64,000 nt of DNA from NCBI GenBank assembly GCA_051362555.1, contig CM120645.1, positions 9,610,001 through 9,674,000 of the forward strand, written 5' to 3'. The DNA comes from Lingula anatina (Eukaryota; Animalia; Brachiopoda). Positions 1-23,089 of this stretch are shown one piece after another; the stretch's first letter is position 1, and each line of letters opens with the position of its first letter. The translations under genes were made by a program, and so were the position numbers. Below the pieces are notes generated by a model that was not told where the DNA came from, did no database searches, and saw only the letters and a program-made list of their open reading frames with translations.

Positions 1-61
1 GTACAGAATTTCAAACAATAGAAAATAACCAGAAACAATGAAAAATAAACTCATTCCACAC

Positions 62-10770
<10,709 letters not shown>

Positions 10771-11562
10771 CTTGGAGATATTGCCAGCTTCCTGCAACAG
10801 CTAAATGACTGCGATCGATTTCCACTTATAGATACAAACAAAACAATAAATTCCCTTGATTTGCGGCGACCTACATTTCGCGGGAACAAAGTGTCAGTAA
10901 GTTCTCGTGTCATTGATAGATGGCGCTGTACAAGAAATAAAAATACAATAACGAATAATGTCACAACACATTTTCATCGATAAATCATCCAATTCAAGCA
11001 GTCAGGAATTATATAATAGGGAGGTGTTTACCAAATATTTCATTAAATGTTTCTTTATTATCTGTCTTACAACGGTCAACTTTATTGCTTATTTTCTTCA
11101 CTTTGAACGACCTCTTTCGTCAAAAAGGGAATGTAGCCTAAAAGTGTTTGCAAAGGGCAATTTGATTGGATTACTTCCCAACCTATTCTTGTACTCTTGG
11201 GCAAATTTGGACTGATTATTTGTACATTGTCTGCAAAAAAACTGAAGAAAACTAGCAATTGAAATAAATTTACAATGTATGCATATGTCTTTTTGAAAAT
11301 GTCTGGCAAATTTAAAAAGATTTCGGATACTTTTTCTTGAGAGCACTAGCACCCAGTTCAACCAATGAGAACCTTGGATAGACAATATCCCTTGGTTTCT
11401 AAAATGTTGATGTAGCAACAAAAAGGGCATGTACAATAGCCGGTCTCCAACAAACAGTCTCCAGAGTTTCGCGATATAATCGGTGTGTTAGAAGTGATAA
11501 CTGTAAGATATTACCTGAGAGGGTTCATTTAAAGGCAAAGAACAGCACAGATAGCCTCTAAA
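10771..11562. promoter_or_regulatory. Bidirectional promoter region between SMC1 and RIBC
   Basis: Divergent start codons about 790 bp apart; CpG retained locally; E2F-like TTTCGCGGGAA at 10876-10886 on the SMC1 side; X-box-like GTTGATGTAGCAAC at 11406-11419 on the RIBC side. Confidence 0.7.
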
Positions 11563-13799
11563 ATGGCTTATAAATTGGATCTACCGATCGACTTGAAGGA
11601 GGCAGCCTCCATCGAGAGGCGACGAAATATGGAGGAGGAGAGAAAATCGCGAATTTTTAACGCCAAAGTTCGCCTTATCGGCATAGATCGCCAGGCTGTA
11701 GAACAGCAAGTAAGAGACAGGAAAGAGATGGAGGAAATGGAAAGGAGGCGTCACGAAGCCTTTGGTATGTAATTCTTCCGAATAAATACAAGTGGTTATT
11801 TGAAAACTTTCTTTTACTTTTTTACTAGTAATATAATATTAGCATCAGAATGGTTAAAATACAGGTAGCAAAGTTTATTCCGTACTTCTTGTTTGCACAT
11901 TCTATTGAGTACAAATTTGGAGGAAAACGATTGATATTCCAATCAATTTGTGTGAATTATTATTATCATTAATAATAATAATGTATTTATTAACCTTAAT
12001 ACAAAATTTATTTTAAAATATCCTTGTTTGATTTCGTAAACTGAATATTTCCACTATAATCCTTATCTGCTTTACAGCTGCTGATGCAGTCAGATGTGAC
12101 AGGATTGCTGAACTTCTCACCAAGAGACAGGAGCATGATATCCGCCAGCTAAACCACGCCCTAAATGAATTCCGCCAACTCCACCAACAGCCTTCCAATC
12201 GCAGGGAGTGGGATTTATATGACCCCGATTCACTGAAAAAAGACAAGCCAGCAAGAGTATCAGACGACGACCCTCGCTGCGGCATCTCCGGCTTACAGAA
12301 ATTTGATGGGGAGGACCTGAATAACAAGGCCCGTACTAAATACCAACAAGAGCAGCTGAGGGAATGGTCCGAGAGGCAGAAGAAGGAGAGAGAACAGGCA
12401 GAGGAGAACCAGAGAAAGGCAGATAGGTTGTATGAACTGAAGATGAGGGAGTTAGATGAAAGAGCTATGGAGCTGCAGAAGGCAGAGGAAGCCTGCAGGA
12501 GAGCCATCAACCATGCACAGAAAGACTTTAACCATGCACTGGTAAGCAGATATAATTGTAAAATTCAATTTATATTTGTTTAGCTGAAATTAAAAAGTAG
12601 TCATAGCAAGATATTAGAGATTATTCTGTTAGTTATTTCCTTTAACAAGGAACAAATATATACATGTAAAATCTAGAAAATAGTGGCAATTCTAGAAAGT
12701 TGAAATACACCCTTTTATTAAAAAATTGCACCATTACAGGGCTTGACATTAAGGGTGGCCCACTGGCCCTGGGCCACTGAAAACCAACCTAGGGCCATTG
12801 AATCACTGGGGTCACTGGCCCAAAGAGCAAATAAAATGCCATGTGCAAAATAACCCTTGCAATATTTACCGATATCTCGGGCCAGTATCGATAAAAGTTA
12901 GTGTCAAGCCCTGCATTAATGATGTTTACATTTCCTGTGATATTGTAAAAATTTTACTAATTGTCCTTTTTTTTTTAATTCTAGGCTGCAGAGCAAGCAG
13001 AGAAACGTCGCTTGAACAAGCAGCAGGAAGAAGACGACAACGCCACAGAATTAGCCAATCACATCTATGGCGATGTCCTGACGGAAAATCCCGCAGTGGC
13101 TCAGAGTGCCTGGGGTCCTCACAGGGTCATCACTGACCGCTGGAAGGGGATGAGTCCAAAGCAGTTAGATGACATAAAGAAAACACAAGATAGACAGAGG
13201 AAAGAGAATGAGGTAAATGCCACAGTGGTGATAATTTAGGGATGAAGAGTTGAAATCATAGTAGTATTACTTGTTAGCCTTGTGTTACTTCTATACATTT
13301 TCCAAAAAAATGGAAAGGATAGAGTGTGTTATTTATGTAAAATCTAGTCATCAAAACTAAAATTGTGCATGAAGTTTGAGTTTTACATTACAACTTGATC
13401 ATAAGATGTTAAGTAGAGACTGTAATAAATTTAAGTCATGACTTTCCTGTATAAATTTTGATATTTAATTGACAGTAGAGAGTGATCTGAGGAATTCAAG
13501 TCAAAAGATATAAAGAACAATGCGTAATTTACATTGCATTATTTTTTCAGCGTTTGAGACAAGAGGAAGATCTCAGAAACAAAGAATGGGATGCTCATCG
13601 TGTAGCGCATGCACGTGCAGGCATGCTTATTGAGCGGGAACTAGATAGGCAAAAGAAGGAAATTTTGAAACAGCAAGCAGAAGAAAACCGTCGCCTTGCC
13701 TCAGAGCAGAAGGCAAGCAAGGACTATTTATACAAGGAAGTTTACACAAATCCACCCACAGCTTCGTATTTTATGCAGTTTAACACGTCAACACGATAA
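11563..13799 (+). CDS. RIBC2: RIB43A-like with coiled-coils protein (RIBC1/RIBC2 family, ciliary microtubule inner protein), 380 aa
   Basis: Exons 11563-11764, 12078-12541, 12985-13212, 13551-13799 join in frame. Family motifs IERRR..EEERKSRIFNAKVRLIGID, REWDLYDPDSLKKDKPARVSDDDPRCGISGLQKFDGEDL, DRWKGMSP and C-terminal YTNPPTASYFMQFNTSTR*. Probably co-orthologous to both vertebrate RIBC1 and RIBC2. Confidence 0.95.
12737..12913. mobile_element. MITE with CAGGGCTTGACA TIRs and 5-bp TSD (CATTA)
   Basis: catta|CAGGGCTTGACATTAA ... TTAGTGTCAAGCCCTG|catta in RIBC intron 2. Confidence 0.88.
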
Positions 13800-16700
13800 A
13801 ACTCGAGACTGCTCTGACAATGTTGGTTTTTAACTGCAGCTAACAAATGGTCACTGATCTTAGTGATCACAAAATTAATGGTGGAAACTCTGACCAGAAC
13901 ACTGGATATCAGAGTTATTCATCATTGATTCCAAAGAGGCATAATTTTATTGGAAAGAATCAGAAAAAAATGTATTTATTGCACCAACCACCTCTTCCAT
14001 TGTGCCTCAGAGAAATGTGTATTAATTTTTTTACTTGAAAGAGGTCATGTTGAGACTGATCCTTTTTGTATCATAAATATTAATGTTGTTGTATTTTCTA
14101 TTTGCAATAATTCTCTATTTTGACTGTAGCAAATGTTAGTAGTTTTGAAAAGGCTACGGAGGTTACAAATTGTATTTACATCCACTTTAAATGTTGATGC
14201 CAACACGAGTAATTTGTTGAATAAGTTAACAGTGATAACTATCAAGTGATATTTTGCTTTGTACCAGTATTAAAGTGAAAGACGTTATGAGATTCTGAAA
14301 TGAATTGCACTTTAAGATCCTTTGGGCAATTATTATTGTAGCTGGATTTGAAGGATTTTGTCATTGTAACTTTAAAGCAATGTTCTCTAAAAACTTCTAA
14401 ATGACTGATCACAAAATAGTTTGTTGGTAAGATAATTAAAATAGTATTATTTTATGAATGCCAAACTCGTAGTTTGCATACCATGCCAAGTACTTTTCAC
14501 AATACGTGGAATGTTTTTTCCTCACTTTCTGTAGCAATAACTACACTCAAGTGCCCTGTAAACTAACTGTAAAGTTAATGAATTGAAGTGCTCATTGATA
14601 TGCCATGGTGTATATCAAATACTGGTATTATTGTTATGTATTTACTGATCACTGTTCAGCAGTATCAATAAATGACTTAAAATAAACAAGGTGTTCTTAT
14701 TCTTATTTGTACGCTTAACAGATTGTATTCTAAACTTGCAAAGACAATTGAGTTAGCTAATAGATATGAAATATTCATCACAAATATGATTGTATTCTTT
14801 TGGGGTTAAAAGGAATATATGAAAATTTAAAGCAATCTGCAACATAGCCAAGAAAGGGATAAACTGTGCAAAACATTGTATATTTTTAACTTCTTTAGCC
14901 AAAGTCTATTACTATAAGCAACTGAAAAATACAAAGGTGAGCAAAGATACTGTCTATTTCAGTTATATATGTATCCTTGGTCGAGAAGAGAGCAGCCAAT
15001 CTATAATATGGTATATGAAAATTTCATTACATTACATTTCCATATCATTACAATTGATTATGGACACAATTTCAACATACAACTCAATCTACTATTATCA
15101 ATCACCTCTTGGTTAAAAATTGGGTGTACAATTAAAAGGGACCTCCTCTTTGTTAATATGCTGTCATGTTATTTGCATAAGATCATACTGCATCTTCTTT
15201 TTGTATATCAGGTCGGGGTTTTGGATAAATATAATAGTTTGCCAAAAATCATGTTAGATCTCACTATAAGACAAAAAGTATTAGTAACATCCATTTATTT
15301 ATTGCTCATTTTTCATACACAGATTCAAGAAACTATAAAATTATTAATTAGTTCATTGATTCTTGCCATTACAGCAATTACCAGGATATCTGTATTAGAA
15401 ATGAGAATGAATAAATAAACAAACAAAATTTACATTTTCAGAAATTTTATTGACTCAAGAGGTAATTTAATGAGACTTTTTTCTTTATTTATATAATGAG
15501 TAAAGCCCTTTGATAGACTACCACAGACTGAAGACCCTCAGCATAAAAAAATGGAAAGAAAAGGACACTTTTAAAATAAAGGAGAGTATAGTTTGTAGTT
15601 GCTTCAGCTATGAACAATTTTCTGTCAAATTCGAATAAAGCCCTTTTCACACTGAACAGTATACTTTATTAATAGTCTGTACCAATACAATGAATGCTTC
15701 AAACATGTCATAAGTTCACTACTTTGGGCTTATTAAATGCCCATGTATAGTATGGTAGCTCCACTTAGAAGTCTCATTCGAAATAGTGCACAACTATTTG
15801 CACCAAATAATGGCAGGGCGGAAGCAGTTGTTAATTTACATGAAAAAATAAAAAGGGCTAGAATTTACAAAAACCCTCGAGAATACCAACTTATATGAAC
15901 AATTGGACTTAAGTGAAAAGTTAAAAGAATCCAAAAGTTACAACCTTTTGAGAATATGGCCCCAGTTAAGTTGTCAATCCCTCATAATGTACCAATACAG
16001 ACTGTATCACTTCAGTATAATACCACTCAGCGTGAAAAGGACCCCCGAGTTAAGGCCAGGTGTTATATCTTTCAAGTTCCCTGCTGCAAATGCTTATAGC
16101 CCTTAAATAAATCTTATTTCAACATCACATATCATATCAATGACCCTATCATATTCACTGAAGGTAACCTTCGTTGTTCTCCTTATCCTTAACATAACTA
16201 GAGTTGTACAATCTATGAAAATATAAATTCGATGGTTAAATTTAATTGCTGTTTTATCACAATTTTATTTATATAAGTGAGAATAGGTGTTATTGTTGCA
16301 TGTTTAAAAAAACTACATGACTATCTTTCCTTTAAAAAAGAAATAAAGGGTTTATAGAATAATGTACAGATAAGAAACATTATTTAGCCTTTAAAGGAAA
16401 ATGAACCTGTGAAATTTAAAACATAAAATATCAAATTAAGTGCACATATATCACCTATGGTGTAATCTTTATACCAAAAAAGAAATCTAACCAAAGAAAA
16501 AAATCATAAAACCAAACCATGCATACCTATATCGTTGTTTTACATAAAAAAATTCTACTACTTAAAATACCAGAACCACAATTTACATATGCACCCAAAA
16601 TAGGATAACATTACCCATTCAAATATGTTATGTGCATTACATTCAGTATCATATATGGCATATAATAGAAGTAAAGTGCCCCCTGGCAATACATCATTAT

Positions 16701-16897
16701 AAATCAAGTAGCACATGCTTAAGAAAGCTAAAGTTGTACCTATAATAATTCCCCTAAATCAAGAGTAAAAGTTTTAAATCAGAAAATAATAATTTTGGCC
16801 AATCCATTAGTGATTTGACTTTTAAAAATATTTGATTTGTCTAAAGCTGGGAGTAAGCCCAGAATGCAAAGAGTAGCAAGTTATATACAGATAATAA

Positions 16898-16901
<4 letters not shown>

Positions 16902-16985
<84 letters not shown>
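16902..16985. repeat. (TA)n microsatellite
   Basis: Direct reading. Confidence 0.97.
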
Positions 16986-16987
<2 letters not shown>

Positions 16988-19339
16988 TAATACCACAGTA
17001 GTACCAGATCCTGTCAGGTGATACTGGTTACAGTACTTTGCTTGAACCACAATAAATAGTTGCATGAATAAGCATTACTTAGAAAGATTTTTGCCCAAGA
17101 CAAAAACAAGTTATTAAGGAACTTGTATAACCTTTATCATAAATCTAGCTTAATATCCCACTCCATCAGTCTACTAAAGGGGAACATGGACAAAAAATCA
17201 TGTTAAAAAAGACTGTCAAAAAAATCATTACAAATTCATGACATATTTGGTACCCAGACAGCAAAGACAAAAATAGCTCAAAGATGAGTGATGGGAACAC
17301 ACAATAAAAAGTTGAAAGTACCAGTAGATTGTTGTTGATATTGTACAATCAGGAGAGAGTACATATAAAGCACATGTAGCTGCCATTTGTGTTTTTAACT
17401 TGTGACACTTGAATAATTACAATTTCTATTGCAGACAGGTATCACACACATTAACACTAACATTCTAATTTCTATGGGTGATTTACATGAAATAACTGCA
17501 TAATTGACACTTCTGCTACATAAAGGTACCACATACAGTAAACATTAGTATCCTTTGGGTGATTTACACTACACAAATGTATAACTGACATTTCAGCTAC
17601 AAAAAGATATCACAAACATTTAACATTCTTTGAGTGATTGACAATAAATATGATAAGAAGTGTCTTAAATATTGTTTTTTAATATTAGAAAATATTAGAA
17701 AATTTTGCTACTGGAATGTTTAAGACTTCCCACCTATAACTTGATTGTAATTCTGTTTTATTTAATTGTATTTTGTGACATGACATGCAGACAGACAGAC
17801 CAGGAAAATGTAACTCACAAAGCATTGAGTCTGATTTTTTTCACAATTTTTGCGCTGTACTTTTCTGTTGCATAATAAGACAAATAGAATAGAAATATGC
17901 GACATGAAAAGAAACCCATTTGATTTTACTTTAAAAAATCCTAGTTAATATCAGTGATAAGTCAATTTAGAAAATAAGTCTTCTTCCAGCTAAAGATGCC
18001 TCATCAATAGTAGTTTTGATGGCTTACTCAAAGCTCAGGGATGAGCAATCCTTTTACAGTGATAATTATCAAGAAACTTAAAACTAATAATGCTTTCTTT
18101 TGTGCAAATCACTACAAAAACTACTTCCAAAGGAAATTCTAAGTTTTACAAGATAGCACCCAGTACTTTAGTCTCTAGAATATTATTAAAATTCCAATCA
18201 CCTATGTACATATCAAGATACATAACCGACAAGCATGTCAGACCTTTTAAAATGAAATGTACACCCCTGATCAAAATCTGAATATCAAGATAAGTAATAG
18301 TGCAAGGATGAGTAATTGTGAGGCATAATGAAAAAAAATATGCTTATAAAATATATAATATGAGGGTATTCATGAGTTCTAAACCTACCTGTCAGGGTCA
18401 GTAAGTACTGTTAAGTCACAGAAGTCACTATATTATAATATTCATAAACTTTTAAACTATGAATATCACTATGTTCCATGAGAATTTTATATGCAGCCAT
18501 TTTATTACTTCATATATTGAATGCTTTCAATCCAAAATACACTACACATACTTCTATGTGACCAATACACCATTTCTATGGTTATCTTTCTATAATTTGG
18601 TATCAGTGCTTCAAAATCAAATCAGTTACAAGAGACAACAGTTAAAAGAGAACTATTACAGACCACATAAAAACAAAGCTATTTATGAACTGTATGGCAC
18701 ATCCATGCTTGCACCACGGTACAGCAAGAATAAGCATATAATATGTCGAGTGCATGGTTACAGCAATGAAAACTGCATAGCTGCATGTCATTTGTCACTA
18801 TATAGCCATACATATATGCATCAGCCATACATAAATAATTAATTGTGTCACAGGTAATACTGAAATCCTGTCACAATTTAAATCCGCCTTTTCAATCTCG
18901 CCTAGGCAGATTTGAATTCTGCCTGGATTTCAACCTGGCCTTTGACAAAAATATTCAATCCTCAGAATAATACCATCCATGTTCAACCTGCCCTTGATGT
19001 AGTTATGCTTCATCCAACTGAATAAAATGAAACAAAAACACCCATGTACCTTATTCAAGTTAATTAACTTAAACCTTATTCTCTCCTTTAGAATATGAAC
19101 ACCAAGAAAAGCTATAATTCCTGCACATTTTTCACCTCTGGCTATCAATAATGCTATCATCAAAATATAATAATAACTAGAGGATCAGAGAGGCGATACC
19201 GCCTCCGAATATTGTACCACCAGCTGGAGCAAGCGTATTCGTATAGACCCCCACATACACAAAATAAGGGACACAGCCACCAGTCTTTTGCTTGACAAGC
19301 TGTAAAAATGCAATCAACAAGAATTTTCAAAATATGCAA

Positions 19340-19724
19340 AAAATATATCAAAAGTTCATCAAAAGGTAGGTGAAAGGTCAATTTCACAGTAAGATTGCCA
19401 GTATATGACTTCCTATTCAACTTCAAAAGTAACTTTGGACCTATCTCTGCCAGTTTGGGAGATAAAAGGGAAGCAAAATTTGCAAAGTTCAGTTCATGGT
19501 GAAAAGTAGGTCAACGGTCAATTGTCAGGGTCACATTTAGATTGCCAGTGTATGACTTCCTATTCTAGTTCAATAGTAACTATGGACCTATCTCTGCCAG
19601 TTTTGGATATGAAAGGGCAGCAAAATTTTCAAAGTTCAGTTCATGGTGAAAAGTAGGTCAAAGCTCAATTTTAAGGTCACATTAAGATTGCCAGTGTATG
19701 GCTTCCTATTCAACTTCAATAGTA
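19340..19724. repeat. Left part of the same 146-bp satellite, about 2.6 units
   Basis: Units at 19431 and 19578; breaks at ...CAATAGTA and resumes at 21929. Confidence 0.92.
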
Positions 19725-21929
19725 ACAAGGCAGCAAAGCTGTCAAATGTACAGACAAAAAGCAGACAATAACAATGCACAAAACAGGCTACTGTCAATTC
19801 TGATGCAAAAGTACATTATGCTTAACTGCAAATTCAACATCAAATTTTAATTATGCTCAACAGGTAATACCAATGTAAGTGAAATGTGTAACAAGCGTAA
19901 GGCTTCAGGCCCATGGGAGTTTAAGTTCACACTTTGAAAATGCCAGAATGAGAAAAATGAAAATTTCACATAAAACTGCTTAAATTCAATAATAAATGAT
20001 AACCCATTTGAGCTGGCTTTCTAATTTGAACTGCATGCCAATCCTACAAATCATACTTGTAAGTTGAAAATAATAATAAGTAACATAGTTTTCTTTTCAT
20101 AATGTTTGTAGTAGCAGTGCAAAAAGATTTTTGTCAATTTTGATGTAACATTACAAAATAAATTACAGAATAATTATCACCAATTTTTGATTATTGACTA
20201 TAAATAGCATGGACATGTAGAAAATTTGATTACCATTTGGCTTCATGTCCATGGGAGCTTCGAGTCCCACAATGAATATGCCAACATGATAAAAATGAAT
20301 ATTTCACTAAAATGTATAACTTCCAGAAAAAGAAGCCAATTAGACTGCTTTTCCAACTCAGGCTGCATTTTAGTCCTTTGTTTCTTTTTTGAAAGTTTTA
20401 CAATCATAAGTAACGTGGTTTTCCCATAATGGTCATCATGGCAGCAGCACCCAAAATTGTGTTTTCTTCTATTTTAATGCAATATTACATAATGCTTAAC
20501 AGCATAATGACCATCAGTTTTTAATAATAAAAGATCCGTATCGTGGATTTTCAGAAAATGTGACTAGCATGGGTCTTCAAGCCCGTGGAGGTTCTAAGTC
20601 ACACCTTGAAAATGCCAATATGTGAAAAATTAAATTTTCACAAAAAACTGATTAACTGCCAAAAAAATTTACCAAATAGTCTGCATTGCCCACTGAAGCT
20701 TTATTTAAGTCCTATGTTTCTTCCTGTAAGTTTGAGCACAGTAAGTGACATGGTTTTCCTTAAATGGTCATCATGGGAGCAGTGTCCAAAATAGGGGTGT
20801 CTTCAAATTTTGATGCACTATTACATAATGTTTAACAGGATAATTACCATCAATTTTTAATAATAAAATATTAGTATCATGGATATTCAGAAAATGTTCC
20901 TAGCAAAGGTCTTCAGGCCAAAGGAACTTCAAAGTCACACCTTGAAAATGCCAAAATGTAGACAAGACAGCACTGTCTTGAAATGTTTTTTTTTCCATTT
21001 TTAACAATTTTTTAACATATAACAAAATTAACAATTTACTGCCACTTATATATGATCAACTAAGAAAATTGATGAGATGGGAAAAATATCAATAGAACAG
21101 TGTTTAATGTCCAATTTCCTCCATTCTGAGTTTCTGAACATAGTGAATCAATGAATCTGACAAACTGCAATGATATGAGTTTATTTCCATTTTTGAAACT
21201 ATTATACAATACATGATAACAAGTTTACCATCATTTTTACATAATCAACTAACAATGTTGTAAAGATGCAGGAAATGTCAAACAAACACTTTTACGAATC
21301 TTATTAGTTAAATAATGAGACTGTTAACATGCCTAAGAATTGAATCTGAGGAAATGTTTAAAAACAGCATAACTTATAAAATAATGGCCCGATTATGCTG
21401 ATTTTCAAACTTGACCTGCATTTTAGTAAGATTAATTACTCCTGTGAGTTTCATGACAACAGGTCTATCGGTTTTCCTTGAAATGTGTTAACAGTGTTGC
21501 ACATATGCTAAAAAGTGAAAAAAACAGCATAACTACTAAAATAGTGGCCCGATCATGCCGATTTTCGAACTTGATCTGCGTTTTAGTAAGATTAATTATT
21601 CCTGTGAGTTTCATGACAACAGGCCTATCGGTTTTCCTTGAAATGTGTTAACAGTGTTGCATATATGCTAATAAGTGAAAACACAGCATAAATACTACAA
21701 TAATTGCCCAAACATGCTGATTTTCGAACTTGACCTGCGTTTTATGAATATTCATCAGCTCTGTAAATATAAAGCCAAAAAGTAAAACTGTCTTCCACTT
21801 ATCGTGTTAACCATGAAAGTGCACGGCGACGGCGACGGCGACGGCGACAGGGACGGCGACAGGGACGGCGACGGCGACGACAGACACAGGTGATGGCAAT
21901 ATGTACAGACACATCTGTGTCTGTACATA
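19725..21929 (-). mobile_element. Helentron/HINE-like element (inner) inserted into the satellite of the outer element
   Basis: subTIR ATGTACAGACA at 19746-19756; stem-loop ATGTACAGACACA-TC-TGTGTCTGTACAT at 21901-21928; adjacent (GGCGAC)n microsatellite; inserted at an AA/TT site with no TSD; has its own ~160-bp repeats (21361-21760) and ~340-bp degenerate repeats (19900-20960). Confidence 0.75.
21361..21760. repeat. ~160-bp tandem repeat, about 2.5 units, inside the inner HINE
   Basis: ACAGCATAA...AACTTGA(C/T)CTGC repeated from about 21361, 21521 and 21680. Confidence 0.85.
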
Positions 21930-22882
21930 ACTATGGACCTATCTCTGCCAGTTTTGGAGATAAAAGGGAAGCAAAATTTGCAAAGTTCAGTTCATGGTGA
22001 AAAGTAGGTCAAAGGTCAATTTCAAGGTCACATTTAGATTGCCAGTATATGACTTCCTATTCAACTTCAATAGTAACTATGGACCTATCTCTGCCAGTTT
22101 TGGATATGAAAGGGAAGCAAAATTTGCAAAATTCAGTTCATGGTGAAAAGAAGGTCAAAGGTCAATTTCAAGGTCACATTTAGATTGCCAGTGTATGACT
22201 TTCTATTCAAGTTCAATAGTAACTATGGACCTATCTCTACCAGTTTTGGAGATAAAAGGGAAGCAAAATTTGCAAAGTTCAGTTCATGGTGAAAAGTAGG
22301 TCAAAGGTCAATTTCAAGGTCACATTTAGATTGCCAGTATATGACTTCCTATTCAAGTCCAATAGTAACTATGGACCTATCTCTTCCAGTTTTGGATATG
22401 AAAGGGAAGCAAAATATGCAAAGTTTAGTTCATGGTGAAAAGTAGGTCAAATGTCAATTTCAAGGTCACATTTGGATTGCCAGTATATGACTTCCCATTA
22501 AAGTTCAATAGTAACTATGGACCTATCTCTGCCAGTTTGGGAGATAAAAGGGAAGCAAAATTTGCAAAGTTCAGTTCATGGTGAAAAGTAGGTCAAAGGT
22601 CAATTTCAAGGTCACATTTAGATTGCCAGTATATGACTTCCTATTCAAATTCAATAGTAACTATGGACTTATCTCTGCCAGTTTTGGAGATAAAAGGGAA
22701 ACAAAATTTGCAAAGGTTAGTTCATGGTGAAAAGTAGGTCAAAGGTCAATTTCAAGGTCACATTTAGATTGCCAGTATATGACTTCCTATTCAAGTCCAA
22801 TAGTAACTATGGACCTATCTCTGCCAGTTTTGGATATGAAAGGGAAGCAAAATATGCAAAGTTTAGTTCATGGTGAAAAGTA
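21929..22882. repeat. 146-bp tandem satellite array, about 6.5 units
   Basis: Units start with AACTATGGAC at 21929, 22075, 22221, 22367, 22513, 22659 and 22805. Confidence 0.97.
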
Positions 22883-23089
22883 GTCAGGCGGCTCAGTCCA
22901 AATTTTATCCAGAATTGTGCAAAAGATGATAACAGCATGAAATTTTCCACGATGAATGACCATTGGGTGTTTGTCAACCCCCTGATCCAAAATAGATGAA
23001 CACCCAATGGTTATTCATCGGGGAAAGTTTCATGCTTTTATCATCTATTGCACAATTCTGGAAAAAATTTGGACTGAGCCACCTGACTA
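22881..23089. mobile_element. Foldback MITE terminating the satellite array
   Basis: TAGTCAGGCGGCTCAGTCCAAATTT ... AAATTTGGACTGAGCCACCTGACTA; imperfect inverted repeat of about 95 bp per arm, TA at both ends. Confidence 0.85.

Noticed and set aside
10771-10797. N-terminal extension MQEAGNISK of SMC1 in the ORF track
   Set aside because: It starts at TTG; the ATG at 10770 matches the conserved SMC1 N-terminus.
12013-12510. 165-aa minus-strand ORF (likewise 1381-1707, 38-250, 3958-4215, 6092-6295, 27459-27656)
   Set aside because: Antisense shadows of real RIBC, SMC1 or SLC35E3 exons.
14969-15418. 149-aa ORF (and the 127-aa ORF at 18459-18842)
   Set aside because: AT-rich non-coding composition, no recognisable motif, no exon partners.
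21929-22882. Regular repeat array as a possible CRISPR
   Set aside because: Units are contiguous 146-bp monomers with no unique spacers, there are no cas genes, and the context is eukaryotic.
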